Below are positions 1 to 9,591 of a stretch of 64,000 nt of DNA, piece by piece; position 1 is the stretch's first letter; the number at the start of each line of letters is the position of its first letter. The notes below the pieces were generated by a model. It had not been told where the DNA came from, searched no databases, and worked only from the letters and a program-made list of their open reading frames with translations. Origin of the DNA: Corallococcus sp. EGB (GTDB lineage: Bacteria; Myxococcota; Myxococcia; Myxococcales; Myxococcaceae). The stretch spans positions 5,601,356 to 5,665,355 of the forward strand of contig NZ_CP079946.1 in assembly GCF_019968905.1 (NCBI RefSeq). Direction: 5' to 3'. A program made the translations under genes and the position numbers.

Positions 1-1247
1 CGCTGGAGCGTGGTTTCAGGGTCGAGCGACGCCACCAGCTCGCGGCCCGCCTCGGCCAGGAAACGCTGTGACACCTCCCTCCGCTTGCGTTCGGTGATGT
101 CGGTGGCGATTCCACAGAGCGCGTAGGCCGCGCCGGTGGCGTCGAGGAGCGGGAACTTCTGCGTGAGGTGGACGTGGATGCCGTCATCGTGCGGAAGCCG
201 CTCCTCCCGCTCCACGGGGACACGGCGCTGGAAGATGTCCTCGTTGGCGTGGTGCAGGGTGGCTGCGATGTCCGAGGGAAAGACATCGAAGACGGTCCTC
301 CCGGCCACCTGTTGCCGGGTGCGGTGGAAGAGCCGCTCCCACTCGCGGTTCACGAACAGGAAGCGCTCCTGTGGATCCAAGAGGAAGAACACGGTCGGCG
401 CGTTGTCCAGGATGGCGCGCAGCCGCATCTCGCTCTCCTGCAGCGCCGCCTCCGCCCGCCTCCGTTCGGTCACGTCGATGAGCACCGCGAGCGAACGAAC
501 CATCCTGCCCGCGGCGTCCCGCTCCACGATGGCGGACAGGAGGACGTCGAGGACCTGTCCGTCCTTCTTCACCACCTGGTACGGCACGTCCCGGCACGTC
601 CCGACCTTGAAGTACTCGGGCAGGACGACCTCCCGGGCATAGCGCTGGGACTCCGGCGTCAGGAACTCCACCGAGTCGTGCCCGAGCACCTCCGCGCGTT
701 CGTAGCCCAGCGTGTCCAGCCAGAAATCGCTGACACTGATGAGCCGTCCCTGCGGATCAATGGAGTGCATCATCACGGGCGTGTTGTTGTAGAGCAGCCG
801 GTACTTGTCGGCGCCCTCGCGCGCCGCGTCCTGGGCACTCTTGAGGTCGGTGACGTCGCTGAAGACGGAGACGCCGCCGCGGATCACGCCCGCCGCATCG
901 CGGACCGGACTGGAGCTGACGTGCAGCCAGGTCCCCGCCGGCCTCTCGGCATTGCGAAGGAAGACCTCCGTGCGGCTGACGGTCTCGCCGCGCAGCGCCC
1001 GGCTCATGGGCAGGCGCTCGGGCGGATAGCGGGTGAGCTGGTCTGGCAGGTAGAAGCCGTAATGCGCTGGCCACCGGCTGACGGGTTCGTCGGTGGCCCC
1101 CATGCCCAGGATGCGCTCCCCCTTCGGGTTGATGAACACCAGATGCGCGGACGCATCCGCCACCAGGAGCCCTTCGCCCATGCTGGCGAGGACGGCATCG
1201 AGGAGGCGGCCGTGTCCCGGCGGAGGAGCTCGCGAAGGCGGATGCAT
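1..1247 (-). CDS. PAS-domain sensor histidine kinase, N-terminal part; gene continues past the left edge
   Basis: Reverse-strand frame aligned to the open antisense ORF 168..2177 translates to MHPPSRAPPPGHGRLLDAVLASMGEGLL...FINPKGERILGMGATDEP...DITERKRREVSQRFLAEAGRELVASLDPETTLQR, i.e. PAS-like core motifs followed by the start of a HisKA-type helix. ATG at 1247..1245. Still open at position 1. Confidence 0.6.
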   Translation of the reverse strand, partial: MHPPSRAPPPGHGRLLDAVLASMGEGLLVADASAHLVFINPKGERILGMGATDEPVSRWPAHYGFYLPDQLTRYPPERLPMSRALRGETVSRTEVFLRNAERPAGTWLHVSSSPVRDAAGVIRGGVSVFSDVTDLKSAQDAAREGADKYRLLYNNTPVMMHSIDPQGRLISVSDFWLDTLGYERAEVLGHDSVEFLTPESQRYAREVVLPEYFKVGTCRDVPYQVVKKDGQVLDVLLSAIVERDAAGRMVRSLAVLIDVTERRRAEAALQESEMRLRAILDNAPTVFFLLDPQERFLFVNREWERLFHRTRQQVAGRTVFDVFPSDIAATLHHANEDIFQRRVPVEREERLPHDDGIHVHLTQKFPLLDATGAAYALCGIATDITERKRREVSQRFLAEAGRELVASLDPETTLQ

Positions 1248-1598
1248 GGGCTGTCGAACAGGCGGGCCATGGGACGCGTGGAAGGAACAAGCTCCCACTC
1301 CCTTCAACGATGGGGGCTCGCCAGCCCATGTGCCAGCCGTCGCCTCACCCTCCACAAGAGCAGCGGCCGAGCAATTCCACGACGATGGCTGCGTGCGGTT
1401 TCCCGAGCCGGCGACAGCCAACTCCAACGCATGGCCAGGCGTCGCGGCACACCCCCGGGGGCCGTCCCTCCATTCGCCTGGAGCCTCCTCCAGCCGGTGT
1501 TCTCCCCTTCGCGCCCGAGATGCCGGACTCGCCCTCAATCCCAACCGGAAGAACCGCAGCGGGCTTCGCCTGCAAGGCATTGCTGCTATTCTCGCCGG

Positions 1599-2177
1599 AT
1601 GACTCCCCGCGCCCTGGCCCCCACCGTGCTCTGCGCCTTGATCCTATGGCCGCTGTCGGTGCTTGCCTTCGTCAACTCGACGGACCTCATCGCCAGGGAC
1701 GTCACCATGTCCCCCTGGGCCGACCTGATCCCCTGGACCGCAGGCGCGGTGTTCCTGAACTACGTCGTCCTCGTCAACGTCCTGGGACCGACCGCGATGG
1801 AGCAGCCCAAGCCGTCCTGGAGCCGACAGGCTTTCTTCCTTCTCGTTGGGGCCGCGGTCCTCCTGGTGGTGACGACGATCTCGGCGGGCGGGCCGCTCTC
1901 CGACCTCAACTCGGAGGATTACGACAGGTGCACGGGGAGCCCGCTCTTGATGGTGGCGCTGGTGGCGAGCCCCCCGGTGCTCCTCATCCTGCAGGCCATG
2001 TTCTTCCGAAGCGTGGGCAGCCGGCTGCTCGGCGACAGGAGACGGATCGCCCTCGCGAGCCTGATGGTCTCCTCCCTCCTGCTGGTGCTGGGGCTGAGGA
2101 CGGCCCGTGATTCGTTCATCATCCCGAATCTCTGCCCGGTCGCCACGCTCGGACGCCACCCAGGACCCTACGATTGA
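1599..2177 (+). CDS. small polytopic membrane protein (hypothetical)
   Basis: C-terminal segment of ORF 168..2177 from MTPRALAPTVLCALILWPLSVLAF... shows 4-5 hydrophobic helices and sense-like codon usage. The upstream part of that ORF is the antisense shadow of the PAS kinase. Confidence 0.5.
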   Translation: MTPRALAPTVLCALILWPLSVLAFVNSTDLIARDVTMSPWADLIPWTAGAVFLNYVVLVNVLGPTAMEQPKPSWSRQAFFLLVGAAVLLVVTTISAGGPLSDLNSEDYDRCTGSPLLMVALVASPPVLLILQAMFFRSVGSRLLGDRRRIALASLMVSSLLLVLGLRTARDSFIIPNLCPVATLGRHPGPYD

Positions 2178-2348
2178 TTCAGGACGCGTGAAGGTCCTGC
2201 AACAGGTTGATTGCGCGTAGGACAGCGCGAGGTTTGTGCTTGTTCTCGCGGGACTGCCTGGCTCTGGTTTTCAACCCACGCTCCGCCCCGGAGAGCGGAG
2301 CGACCGCGTTCGGGCACACGAGAAGCCAAGGCTCGCCCGATGAAACAC

Positions 2349-2377
2349 GGCTCGACCCCGAGAAATCGGGTCGAGCC
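2349..2377. terminator. GC-rich hairpin between convergent genes, probable bidirectional terminator
   Basis: ggctcgaccc-cgagaaatc-gggtcgagcc: perfect 10-bp inverted repeat with a 9-nt loop, placed between the 3' ends of the + gene ending at 2177 and the - gene ending at 2398. A second 8-bp hairpin (cgctccgc/gcggagcg) lies at about 2279..2302. Confidence 0.4.
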
Positions 2378-2397
2378 GGATCACCCATCGGCTCGGC

Positions 2398-3606
2398 TCA
2401 CTGGAGCTGTTCGAGCAGGGCCGCTTGGAGCGCCTTCCGATTCTCCGGGAAGCGCTGGTTGGGATAGGGCCGCCCTCCGCGCAGGATGACTTCGTACTGC
2501 TTGTACATGGGGTCTGAGCGCGCGGGCTCCTGCTGATAGAAGGCGCGGTTGGCCTGGAGCAGATAGCGAGGCCGCGTGCCCGCCGGGGCGTCCTTGCTGA
2601 AGGCGATGAGGCTGCGCGTCTCCGGAGACTGCATGAACGACGTGAAGGCCCGTGCATCCTCCGCGCATATCCCGGTGCAGTTCGCGTTGAGCACCAGCGC
2701 ATCCACGAAGACCGCCGGCGCCGAGCCCGTGCCCAGCGGGACCGAGATGACCTCCGGGAGCGGCATGCTGGGCTGGGCCTGGAGGATGTAGAAGAGGCGC
2801 TCGGTGTAGCCCATGAAGCCGTTGGCCTGCTCCCTGGCGAAGGCCTCTTCCGCCACCGTGTTATCCGCGTAGCTGCCATCCAGGCACGGATTGACGCCCG
2901 CTTCGAGCGAGCAGCTGTCAACGACCTCCGCGAACGCATTCATCGTCTGCGAGTCGAGTGGCAGCGAGACAGCCTTCGCGAGCGCATCCCCCGGATGCGT
3001 GTCCGCCCAGGCGTCGATGTACGAGGACGGCAGGTTCCAGCTTCCATCGAAGTTCGTCGCGAGCGGGCGCTTGCCGGGAGCCGCCTCGCGGAGGACGCGC
3101 ACGAGCGACGCGCTGTCCGACGCGGACCGGAGGTTCGTGCTCCGCGAATAGACGACGTTCGTGCACAGGTAGGTGGGCACGCCGTAGGTCTCACCGCCGA
3201 TGCGGACGGCCTCCTCCGCCGCCGGATGCACGACGCCCGCTTCCAGCGCGACGGGCTGGATCCATCGCTTCTCCGCGAGCGAGCCGAGCAGCAGCGTGTC
3301 CACCTCCACCAGTTGGGCGGCCCCCGTCCCGGTGCCCAGGAGTTGATTCAACGTTCCGCCTTCATCCAGGTCATAGACATCCAGGGAGGCGTCGAACACG
3401 ACGTCCAGGTCGATGTCTGGATGGCTCTGCTCGAAGTCGGCCTCCAGCCGCTGCTCCAGGCTGGCGAAGCCGTCCCCGGCGGAGTCGGGGATGTATGGGA
3501 ACAGGACCGCCTTCAGCGGTCGCCGGGGCGTGGGGTCGGGGTCGGAAGGATCCGAGCAGGCGCTCAGGACCAGGACGGCGGGGCAGATCAGGGCTCTCCA
3601 ATTCAT
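2398..3606 (-). CDS. lipoprotein, periplasmic solute-binding (PBP2) fold, thiaminase-I-like
   Basis: ORF 2398..3672 with an internal start MNWRALICPAVLVLSACSD (lipobox LSAC) preceded by aagagg. 401 aa, two-lobed binding-protein-like composition. The thiaminase-I/solute-binding call is by recollection only. Confidence 0.55.
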   Translation of the reverse strand: MNWRALICPAVLVLSACSDPSDPDPTPRRPLKAVLFPYIPDSAGDGFASLEQRLEADFEQSHPDIDLDVVFDASLDVYDLDEGGTLNQLLGTGTGAAQLVEVDTLLLGSLAEKRWIQPVALEAGVVHPAAEEAVRIGGETYGVPTYLCTNVVYSRSTNLRSASDSASLVRVLREAAPGKRPLATNFDGSWNLPSSYIDAWADTHPGDALAKAVSLPLDSQTMNAFAEVVDSCSLEAGVNPCLDGSYADNTVAEEAFAREQANGFMGYTERLFYILQAQPSMPLPEVISVPLGTGSAPAVFVDALVLNANCTGICAEDARAFTSFMQSPETRSLIAFSKDAPAGTRPRYLLQANRAFYQQEPARSDPMYKQYEVILRGGRPYPNQRFPENRKALQAALLEQLQ

Positions 3607-3959
3607 GACGGTGGCCTCTTTTGAAAGGACTGCGGGCGGCCCCCATAGCAGGTCGCGGCCAGGCCCAGCCACCAGCCCCTCTCAGCAGGGACGGCATGCG
3701 ATGCAATTCTTTGCTCCCACGGTTCGCGAGGTGGCGGAGCGGTACCGGTACTATCGCGTGAGGAACGAACGCATCTCGGAGAGAACCTCCGCCTGACACG
3801 AAAGCCAGACGTTATTTCAACGGCAGGCTTCGCAGGTCATGGAAACGCGTCTTTGCTGTCCCGTCTCCCCGGGAGTTTGATGCCGTCGATTGAGACCGTG
3901 GACCGATTCAAGGAGGCCGATACCCGGCCAATCTCGACGCGTGTGATCGCGCCGTTGAA

Positions 3960-4229
3960 ATGGCCTTCAAATCAGCCGAGGCCAGCACCCCGAGCGGGAA
4001 TCCCAGGTTCGTCCTCACCATCGAAATCGATGGTCAGGTGAGGCTGTTGGCCTGGAACTACACGGGCCAGAAGCTGGCCGGCTTCAACGTTGGCAACGTG
4101 CCGCCCCGGTGGCTCCTCCGACAGGTCGCCGGAAAGAAGACGCTCACCGTGCTGCCTTCCGGAAGCAACTGCGCATTCGACCTCTGCCCTCAAGAGCCCC
4201 TCGCCAATGGCCCCTGCTCCGGCGAGTAG
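3960..4229 (+). CDS. hypothetical small protein (89 aa) in a lower-GC segment
   Basis: ORF MAFKSAEASTPSGNPRFVLTIEIDGQVRLLAWNYTGQKLAGFNVGNVPPRWLL... with high GC3 despite the roughly 60% GC surroundings. No recognizable domain. Confidence 0.3.
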   Translation: MAFKSAEASTPSGNPRFVLTIEIDGQVRLLAWNYTGQKLAGFNVGNVPPRWLLRQVAGKKTLTVLPSGSNCAFDLCPQEPLANGPCSGE

Positions 4230-4364
4230 GCAGTAACCGCGCGTTCTGACCACGCACGACCCCCACGGCGCGGTGCGTGATCCACGCATTGGGGCTCCCT
4301 CTCCGTCGCCATCCATGGGGGCCTCGGAGTAGCGTGCGGTCCTCTCCACGGAAGAGGGGGGCCC

Positions 4365-6599
4365 ATGCGCGTCGTACCGTCCGTCCTGGAATCCGTCACC
4401 GTTCACGCCGAGGGCGCGCTCTGCACGCGCGCGTTCGTGCTCTCACCCGAGAACGGCCACCTGCCCGGCCAGGTCCGCATCGACGGCCTGCCCCTGGCGC
4501 TGCGCACGGGCTCGCTCCGCGCGCGCGTGGTGGAGGGGCCCTCCGGCCTCCTCGTCCGCGACCTCAAGCCCACCTTCGACGTGCGCCTGCCGCCGGAGTC
4601 GGAGCTGCCCGCCGAACAGCACGCGTTGGAAGCGGCGGAGGCCACGCTGGCGTCCGTGCACGGCCGGCTGGAGCGGGTGCGCGCGGAGATCGCGGCGCTC
4701 CGCGGCCTGACGCCCACCTGGCCCGCTCAGCGCAAAGGCCATCCTCCTCGCGAGGCGCCGGTGCCGGCGATGCTGTCGCTATTGGGCTTCGTGGACTCGG
4801 AGCTGGCGGAGCTGCAGGCCCAGGAGCTGGACCTGGCGCGACAGCACCGCGATGCCACGAATGAACTGGAGCTGCGCCGCCGCCGCGTACAGGAGCTGTC
4901 CTCCGCGAAGAGCGTGGACCGCGCCCGGCTGTTCCGCGCCGCGCTGCTGACGCTGTCCGGCCCCATCGCCGCGAACGCGGACGCGCGGCTGGTGCTGGAG
5001 TACGCGGTGGCCGGCGCGCGCTGGGTGCCCACCTATGATTTGCGCCTTCCGCGCACGCTGGAGGAAGGCACGCTGCGCATGCGCGCCGCCGTCGTCCAGC
5101 GGACCGGCGAGGACTGGAACGGCGTGCGTCTGGCCGTCTCCACCGCGAGCCTGGAGCGGCGCGTGGAGGTGCCGGAGCTGAAGTCGCTGCGCATCGGCCG
5201 CAGCCAGCCTCCGCCCGCGCGCTCCGGATGGCGTGAGCCCGCGCCGGGCCTGGAGGAGTTGTTCGCGGGCTACGACGCCCTGCACCTGGCCCGCCCGGAG
5301 CCCACCCTTCGCAAGCCCCTCCCCCCTCCCATGCCGGAGCCCATGCCGGAAGCGGCGGTCGAGTCTTTCTCGGAGCAGGAGTCTTTCAAGGAGAAGGCCA
5401 CGTTCGGAAGCGCCCCCGGAGCCGCGCCCAGCGTGGCCGCCCCTCCCCCCCCGGCGCCCATGGTGGCACCGGCCTCCGCGTCCTCGGGAGCCTTCCTGGG
5501 CGGATCCCGTCCTTCGATGCCTCGCCGCAGCGGCACCGGCGCCGTCGCGGTGCCCAGCATGTCGGCCGCACCGGGCGGTGGCGGCATGGAGCGCATGCGC
5601 AGCAAGAAGCGCGCGGCCGTGGAAGACGAGCTCGATGACGCGCCGATGGCCGACCTCGTGGATGACGAAGGTGGCGCCGGCGATGAGCCTCGGCGCGCCG
5701 CGGGCCTGGAGCCGGCGGATGGCCTGTTCGATTACGACTCGCTGACGCTGGCCTCCGCGGCCTCACCGGGGCAGCGCGGCCGGCTGCGTCCCCGCTCCTC
5801 GCTCATCTCGCAGGCGATGCTGTCCGTCACCGCCGTGAAACTTCAGGTGGAGGTCGTGCGCCTGGAGGCCCAGGCCTTCACCTTCGCCGAGTCCGTGAAC
5901 AGCGTGGAGCCGCCCAACGGGTCCGTGCCGCCGCGCGATTCCGCGCGCCACTTCGACGCGCGCTTCGACGCGGAGGCGCTCGCGGACGTGCCGTCCGATG
6001 GCGCATGGCACACCGTGTCCATGCTGACGGTGCCCTTGAACCTGCGGGCCGAGTACGTGTGCGTCCCCTCGCTGGAGCCGCGCGTCTTCCGCACGGTGCG
6101 CCTGGACAACGCCTCGCCGCATCCGCTGCTCGCGGGGCCGGTGGACGTGACGCTCGGCGACGAGTTCCTGATGACGTCTCCCCTGCCCACGCTGGGGCCT
6201 GGCGAGACGCAGCGGCTGGGATTGGGCGTGGAGGAGGCGCTCCAGGTGGCGCGCAACACCCGCTTCGAGGAGGCCACGGGCGGTATGTTCGGCAACAGCG
6301 CCGTGCTCACGCACCATGTCTCCGTGGAGGTGGCCAACCACCTCGCCCGCCCCGTGAACATCGCCATCTCCGAGCGCGTCAGCGTGGTCCCCGAGTCCCA
6401 GAAGGACCTCAAGGTGGAGGAGGTGGAGGTGGTGCCTCCGTGGCAGAAGTCCACGCCACTGCCGGGTGAGGACGCGGTGGAGGGCGAGCGGATGTGGCGC
6501 GTGAGCGTCCCCGCCGGAGAGAAGCGTTCGATGAAGGCGACGTGGGTCGTGAAGCTGCCCGCCAGCAAGATGCTGAGCGGCGGGAACCGGAGGACGTGA
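4365..6599 (+). CDS. DUF4140/DUF4139 family protein (mucoidy-inhibitor MuiA-like) with a long disordered Pro/Ala-rich insert
   Basis: 744-aa ORF; ggaagagggggg SD before the ATG. The N-terminus resembles its downstream paralog. Central low-complexity region (PPPARSG...PPPPAPMVAPASASS...). C-terminal beta-rich region like the paralog. Confidence 0.65.
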   Translation: MRVVPSVLESVTVHAEGALCTRAFVLSPENGHLPGQVRIDGLPLALRTGSLRARVVEGPSGLLVRDLKPTFDVRLPPESELPAEQHALEAAEATLASVHGRLERVRAEIAALRGLTPTWPAQRKGHPPREAPVPAMLSLLGFVDSELAELQAQELDLARQHRDATNELELRRRRVQELSSAKSVDRARLFRAALLTLSGPIAANADARLVLEYAVAGARWVPTYDLRLPRTLEEGTLRMRAAVVQRTGEDWNGVRLAVSTASLERRVEVPELKSLRIGRSQPPPARSGWREPAPGLEELFAGYDALHLARPEPTLRKPLPPPMPEPMPEAAVESFSEQESFKEKATFGSAPGAAPSVAAPPPPAPMVAPASASSGAFLGGSRPSMPRRSGTGAVAVPSMSAAPGGGGMERMRSKKRAAVEDELDDAPMADLVDDEGGAGDEPRRAAGLEPADGLFDYDSLTLASAASPGQRGRLRPRSSLISQAMLSVTAVKLQVEVVRLEAQAFTFAESVNSVEPPNGSVPPRDSARHFDARFDAEALADVPSDGAWHTVSMLTVPLNLRAEYVCVPSLEPRVFRTVRLDNASPHPLLAGPVDVTLGDEFLMTSPLPTLGPGETQRLGLGVEEALQVARNTRFEEATGGMFGNSAVLTHHVSVEVANHLARPVNIAISERVSVVPESQKDLKVEEVEVVPPWQKSTPLPGEDAVEGERMWRVSVPAGEKRSMKATWVVKLPASKMLSGGNRRT

Positions 6600-8158
6600 T
6601 GCGCACTTCCATTCTGTTGCCCTTGATCAAGGTGACGGTCCTGGAGGACCGGGCGCTCGTCGAGCGCAGCGGCACGGTGACGCTGCCCCCGGGCCCCTGC
6701 CGGCTCGTGGTGGACGGGCTGCCGGCGGTGGCGGTGGATCGCTCGCTCCAGGCGAAGCTCACCGGCGGCATGGTGACCCAGGCCCGCCTGCGCCGCTCCA
6801 TGCGCGCGGTGCTGCCGGAAGCCCTGCGCGAGCACCACTCGGAGCTGGCCCGCCGCGCCTTCGAGCGCCAGCAGGTACTGGCACGCGCGCAGGCGGTGAT
6901 ACGGCGCCTGGAGGCAAGGCACGGCCTGCTGGAGACCGCGCGCCAGGACATCCTCCGCGCCATCTCCGAGCGCACCGGCGCAGGCGAAGCGGATCCGGCG
7001 CGATGGAAGGAGCAGCTCGCCACCATCCGCCAGGAGCAGACCACGGCGGACGAACAGCTGCGGCAGGCCCGCCGCGACCTGGGTCGTCTGGAGCGGCAGC
7101 ACATCCAGGAGGCCCGCGACGTGCTGTCGCGCACGGAGGCGGCGGAGCCCACGCTGGACGTGCGCGCGGAGCTGGATGTGAGCCACGCGACGGGCGGAGA
7201 GGCGACGCTGACGCTCACCTACCTGGTGCCGTGTGCCGCCTGGCGGCCGGCCTACCGCGCGGTGCTGGGCCTCGCGGAGACAACGTCCTCGGTGACGTTG
7301 GAGTGCGAGGCCGTGGTCTGGCAGAACACCGGCGAGCCCTGGAAGGACGTGACGCTGGCCTTCTCCACGGCGCGCCCCACGCTGGGGGCCACTCCGCCCA
7401 GACTCAGCGACGACTGGCTCCACATGCGGGACAAGACGCAGCGCGAGAAGCAGGTGGTGGACGTTGCCATCCGCGAGGAGTCGCTTCAGGAGACGGGCGA
7501 GTTGGGGACGACGAAAGCATCGGACGCGCTGCCGGGCATGGACGACGGCGGCGAGGCGGTGACGCTGTCCGCGCCGCACAAGGCCACGGTGCCGTCGGAT
7601 GGCGAGGGCCACCGCGTGGCGCTGTTCTCCTTCACCTCGCCCGCCACGTCGGAGCTGGTGGCGTGCCCGGAACAGTCACCGCTGGTGCACCGCGTGGCGC
7701 GCTTCGACAACACAGGGCCGGCAGTGCTGCTCGAGGGGCCGGTGGACCTGGTGCGCAACAACGGCTACGTGGGCCGCGGACGGCTCAAGTTCGCGGGCCG
7801 CGGCGAGCGCGTGAAGCTGGGCTTCGGCAGCGAGGACTCGCTGCGCGTGTCGCGGCAGGTGGACGTGGGCGAGGAAACGGCCCGCATCACCGGCCGGCGC
7901 ACGCGCACGCAGAAGGTGAAGCTGTTCGTCTCCAACATGGGCGCGAAGCCCATGGCGCTCGCGGTGGAGGAGCGCATGCCGGTGTCGGAGGTGGAGGCCG
8001 TGGAGGTGGCGCTGCTCAAGGACGCCACGAAGCCCGCGCCCGCGAAGGTGAGCGACGAGGGCATCGTGCGCTTCGAGCTCAACGTGCCGCCGCGCGCGCG
8101 TGAGACGGTCACGTTCGGATTCACGGTGGCTCGCTCCGCGAAGGTCGCGGGCCTGTAG
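6599..8158 (+). CDS. DUF4140/DUF4139 family protein (MuiA-like), paralog of the upstream gene
   Basis: Start MRTSILLPLIKVTVLEDRALVERSGTVTLPPG at 6599, overlapping the upstream stop (gTGATGc) and preceded by ggagga. Colinear similarity to the upstream protein: coiled-coil middle, then WRPAYRAVLGL...VARFDNTG...LLEGPVDL. Confidence 0.65.
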   Translation: MRTSILLPLIKVTVLEDRALVERSGTVTLPPGPCRLVVDGLPAVAVDRSLQAKLTGGMVTQARLRRSMRAVLPEALREHHSELARRAFERQQVLARAQAVIRRLEARHGLLETARQDILRAISERTGAGEADPARWKEQLATIRQEQTTADEQLRQARRDLGRLERQHIQEARDVLSRTEAAEPTLDVRAELDVSHATGGEATLTLTYLVPCAAWRPAYRAVLGLAETTSSVTLECEAVVWQNTGEPWKDVTLAFSTARPTLGATPPRLSDDWLHMRDKTQREKQVVDVAIREESLQETGELGTTKASDALPGMDDGGEAVTLSAPHKATVPSDGEGHRVALFSFTSPATSELVACPEQSPLVHRVARFDNTGPAVLLEGPVDLVRNNGYVGRGRLKFAGRGERVKLGFGSEDSLRVSRQVDVGEETARITGRRTRTQKVKLFVSNMGAKPMALAVEERMPVSEVEAVEVALLKDATKPAPAKVSDEGIVRFELNVPPRARETVTFGFTVARSAKVAGL

Positions 8159-8169
8159 GGAGCCACGCC

Positions 8170-8934
8170 ATGCCATTCGCGACGAAGTCCGGCCGCCGCA
8201 TCCACTACGAGGTCCAGGGCCACGGGCCGCCGCTGTTGCTCCTGCACGGCCTGCTCCAACTGGGCACGCACTGGGAGCTCAAGGGGTACCGGCCCGCGCT
8301 GACGGACAAGTACACGGTGGTGACGTTCGACGCGCTGGGGCACGGCTGGAGCGACACGCCGCACGACCTGGAGGCCTACCGGCTGCGGCACCGCGTGGAG
8401 GACGTGCTGTCGGTGCTCGACACGCTCTCCATCGAGCGGGCGCACATGTGGGGCTACTCGATGGGAGGCTGGACGGTGTGTGGCCTCGCGTCCTTCGCGC
8501 CGGAGCGGCTGGCGTCCTACGTGGTGGGCGGCTGGGATCCAGTGGTGGGCCTGCCTGTCGCGTACGCGGCGCTGGAGAAGCAGCTCAAGCCGGGCACGAA
8601 CGTGGACTGGTTCCAGGTACTCCTCATGGGAGCACGGCGCGCGCCAGAATTGGCCGAGGCCATTGACGCGGGAGACCTGGACGCGCTCCGGCTGTGCATG
8701 AAGGCTTGTGAGACATCGGCGGGCCTGGATGAGGCGCTGGTGCAATCCGGCAGGCCGGGGCTGCTCTATTGCGGCGCGATGGACCCGTACCACGACTCCA
8801 TGAAGGCCGTGGCACAACGGGCTGGTGCGGCGTTCGCGACCATCGAGCATGCCGACCACGGCGGAGCCTGGGCAAAGGCGCCCAAGGTGCTGCCGCACGT
8901 GCTGCCGTTCCTCGAATCAGTCGCCCGGTCCTGA
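8170..8934 (+). CDS. alpha/beta-fold hydrolase
   Basis: HGLLQLGTHWE with a GYSMGG nucleophile elbow (GxSxG) and a C-terminal His. Only 12 bp after the DUF4139 gene; agggag SD. Confidence 0.75.
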   Translation: MPFATKSGRRIHYEVQGHGPPLLLLHGLLQLGTHWELKGYRPALTDKYTVVTFDALGHGWSDTPHDLEAYRLRHRVEDVLSVLDTLSIERAHMWGYSMGGWTVCGLASFAPERLASYVVGGWDPVVGLPVAYAALEKQLKPGTNVDWFQVLLMGARRAPELAEAIDAGDLDALRLCMKACETSAGLDEALVQSGRPGLLYCGAMDPYHDSMKAVAQRAGAAFATIEHADHGGAWAKAPKVLPHVLPFLESVARS

Positions 8935-9000
8935 GGGTTCCATGACGCCTTTTTCCGCGAACCCTGGGTTGGGAGAAATCAGTTCTGGTAGCCGTCCGCT

Positions 9001-9528
9001 TCACCGCGTGGGCTGGATGGCAATCACCCGGACGTCGAAGTCCTTGCACTCGGCGTCTTTGCAGACGCCGTTGAGCCACGCTTCACCCTGGCCGAACATC
9101 ACGCCGTCCTCATTGACGAAGAGGTCCGCGTAGCGCTGCCGGGTGATGACCTTGGCGATGTCCGGCGTGACGATGACGTCGTAGTGCCTCCTGAACGCCG
9201 CGGCGTCGTGCAGCTTCACCTTCCTGCCGCCCACGTTCGCGGTGAAGGGATACGCCACCATCGCGGCGACGGCCTTCGTGTCATGCGCGGCCACCGCCTG
9301 CTGAAACGCCACGAAGGCCTGTTCATACTTCGAGGGATCACCAAGGACACGCTGGATGCGCGCATTGACCGCACCGGTGTCTTCAGTCGTCCCAGCATCG
9401 GGAGGTACGACCGCGAGGGAGGGCGGCGACGCGGGAGGGCGTTCGGTGTCTCCCCGCGACTCGGTGCGCTGACACGCAGCCGAGGACACGAGGACGAGGG
9501 CGGCCAACCGCTTGGAATTCTTTTGCAT
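9001..9528 (-). CDS. hypothetical lipoprotein
   Basis: MQKNSKRLAALVLVSSAACQ lipoprotein signal (lipobox SAAC); 175 aa. Confidence 0.55.
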   Translation of the reverse strand: MQKNSKRLAALVLVSSAACQRTESRGDTERPPASPPSLAVVPPDAGTTEDTGAVNARIQRVLGDPSKYEQAFVAFQQAVAAHDTKAVAAMVAYPFTANVGGRKVKLHDAAAFRRHYDVIVTPDIAKVITRQRYADLFVNEDGVMFGQGEAWLNGVCKDAECKDFDVRVIAIQPTR

Positions 9529-9591
9529 GAGTTCCCCCCGCCAGGGGCCGACAGCGCTCTCCTGGCAGAGGCGAACTCTACTGAGCCTGAC

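Noticed and set aside
168-1598. Long + strand ORF (168..2177, first about 1430 nt) and several 60-190-aa ORFs on both strands
   Set aside because: Arg/Gly/Pro-rich, low-complexity translations. It is the codon-aligned antisense shadow of the PAS kinase gene, as expected in 70% GC DNA. Only its last 579 nt (1599..2177) look like a real membrane protein.
3703-3796. 31-aa ORF MQFFAPTVREVAERYRYYRVRNERISERTSA at the end of track ORF 3413..3796
   Set aside because: Too short and without an RBS. The rest of that ORF is antisense to the lipoprotein gene. Noted only because it lies in the lower-GC patch.
5843-8898. Minus-strand ORFs 5843..7612 (589 aa) and 7765..8898 (377 aa)
   Set aside because: Antisense shadows of the DUF4139 paralogs and the hydrolase; the translations are R/G/L/H-rich with no domain-like segments.
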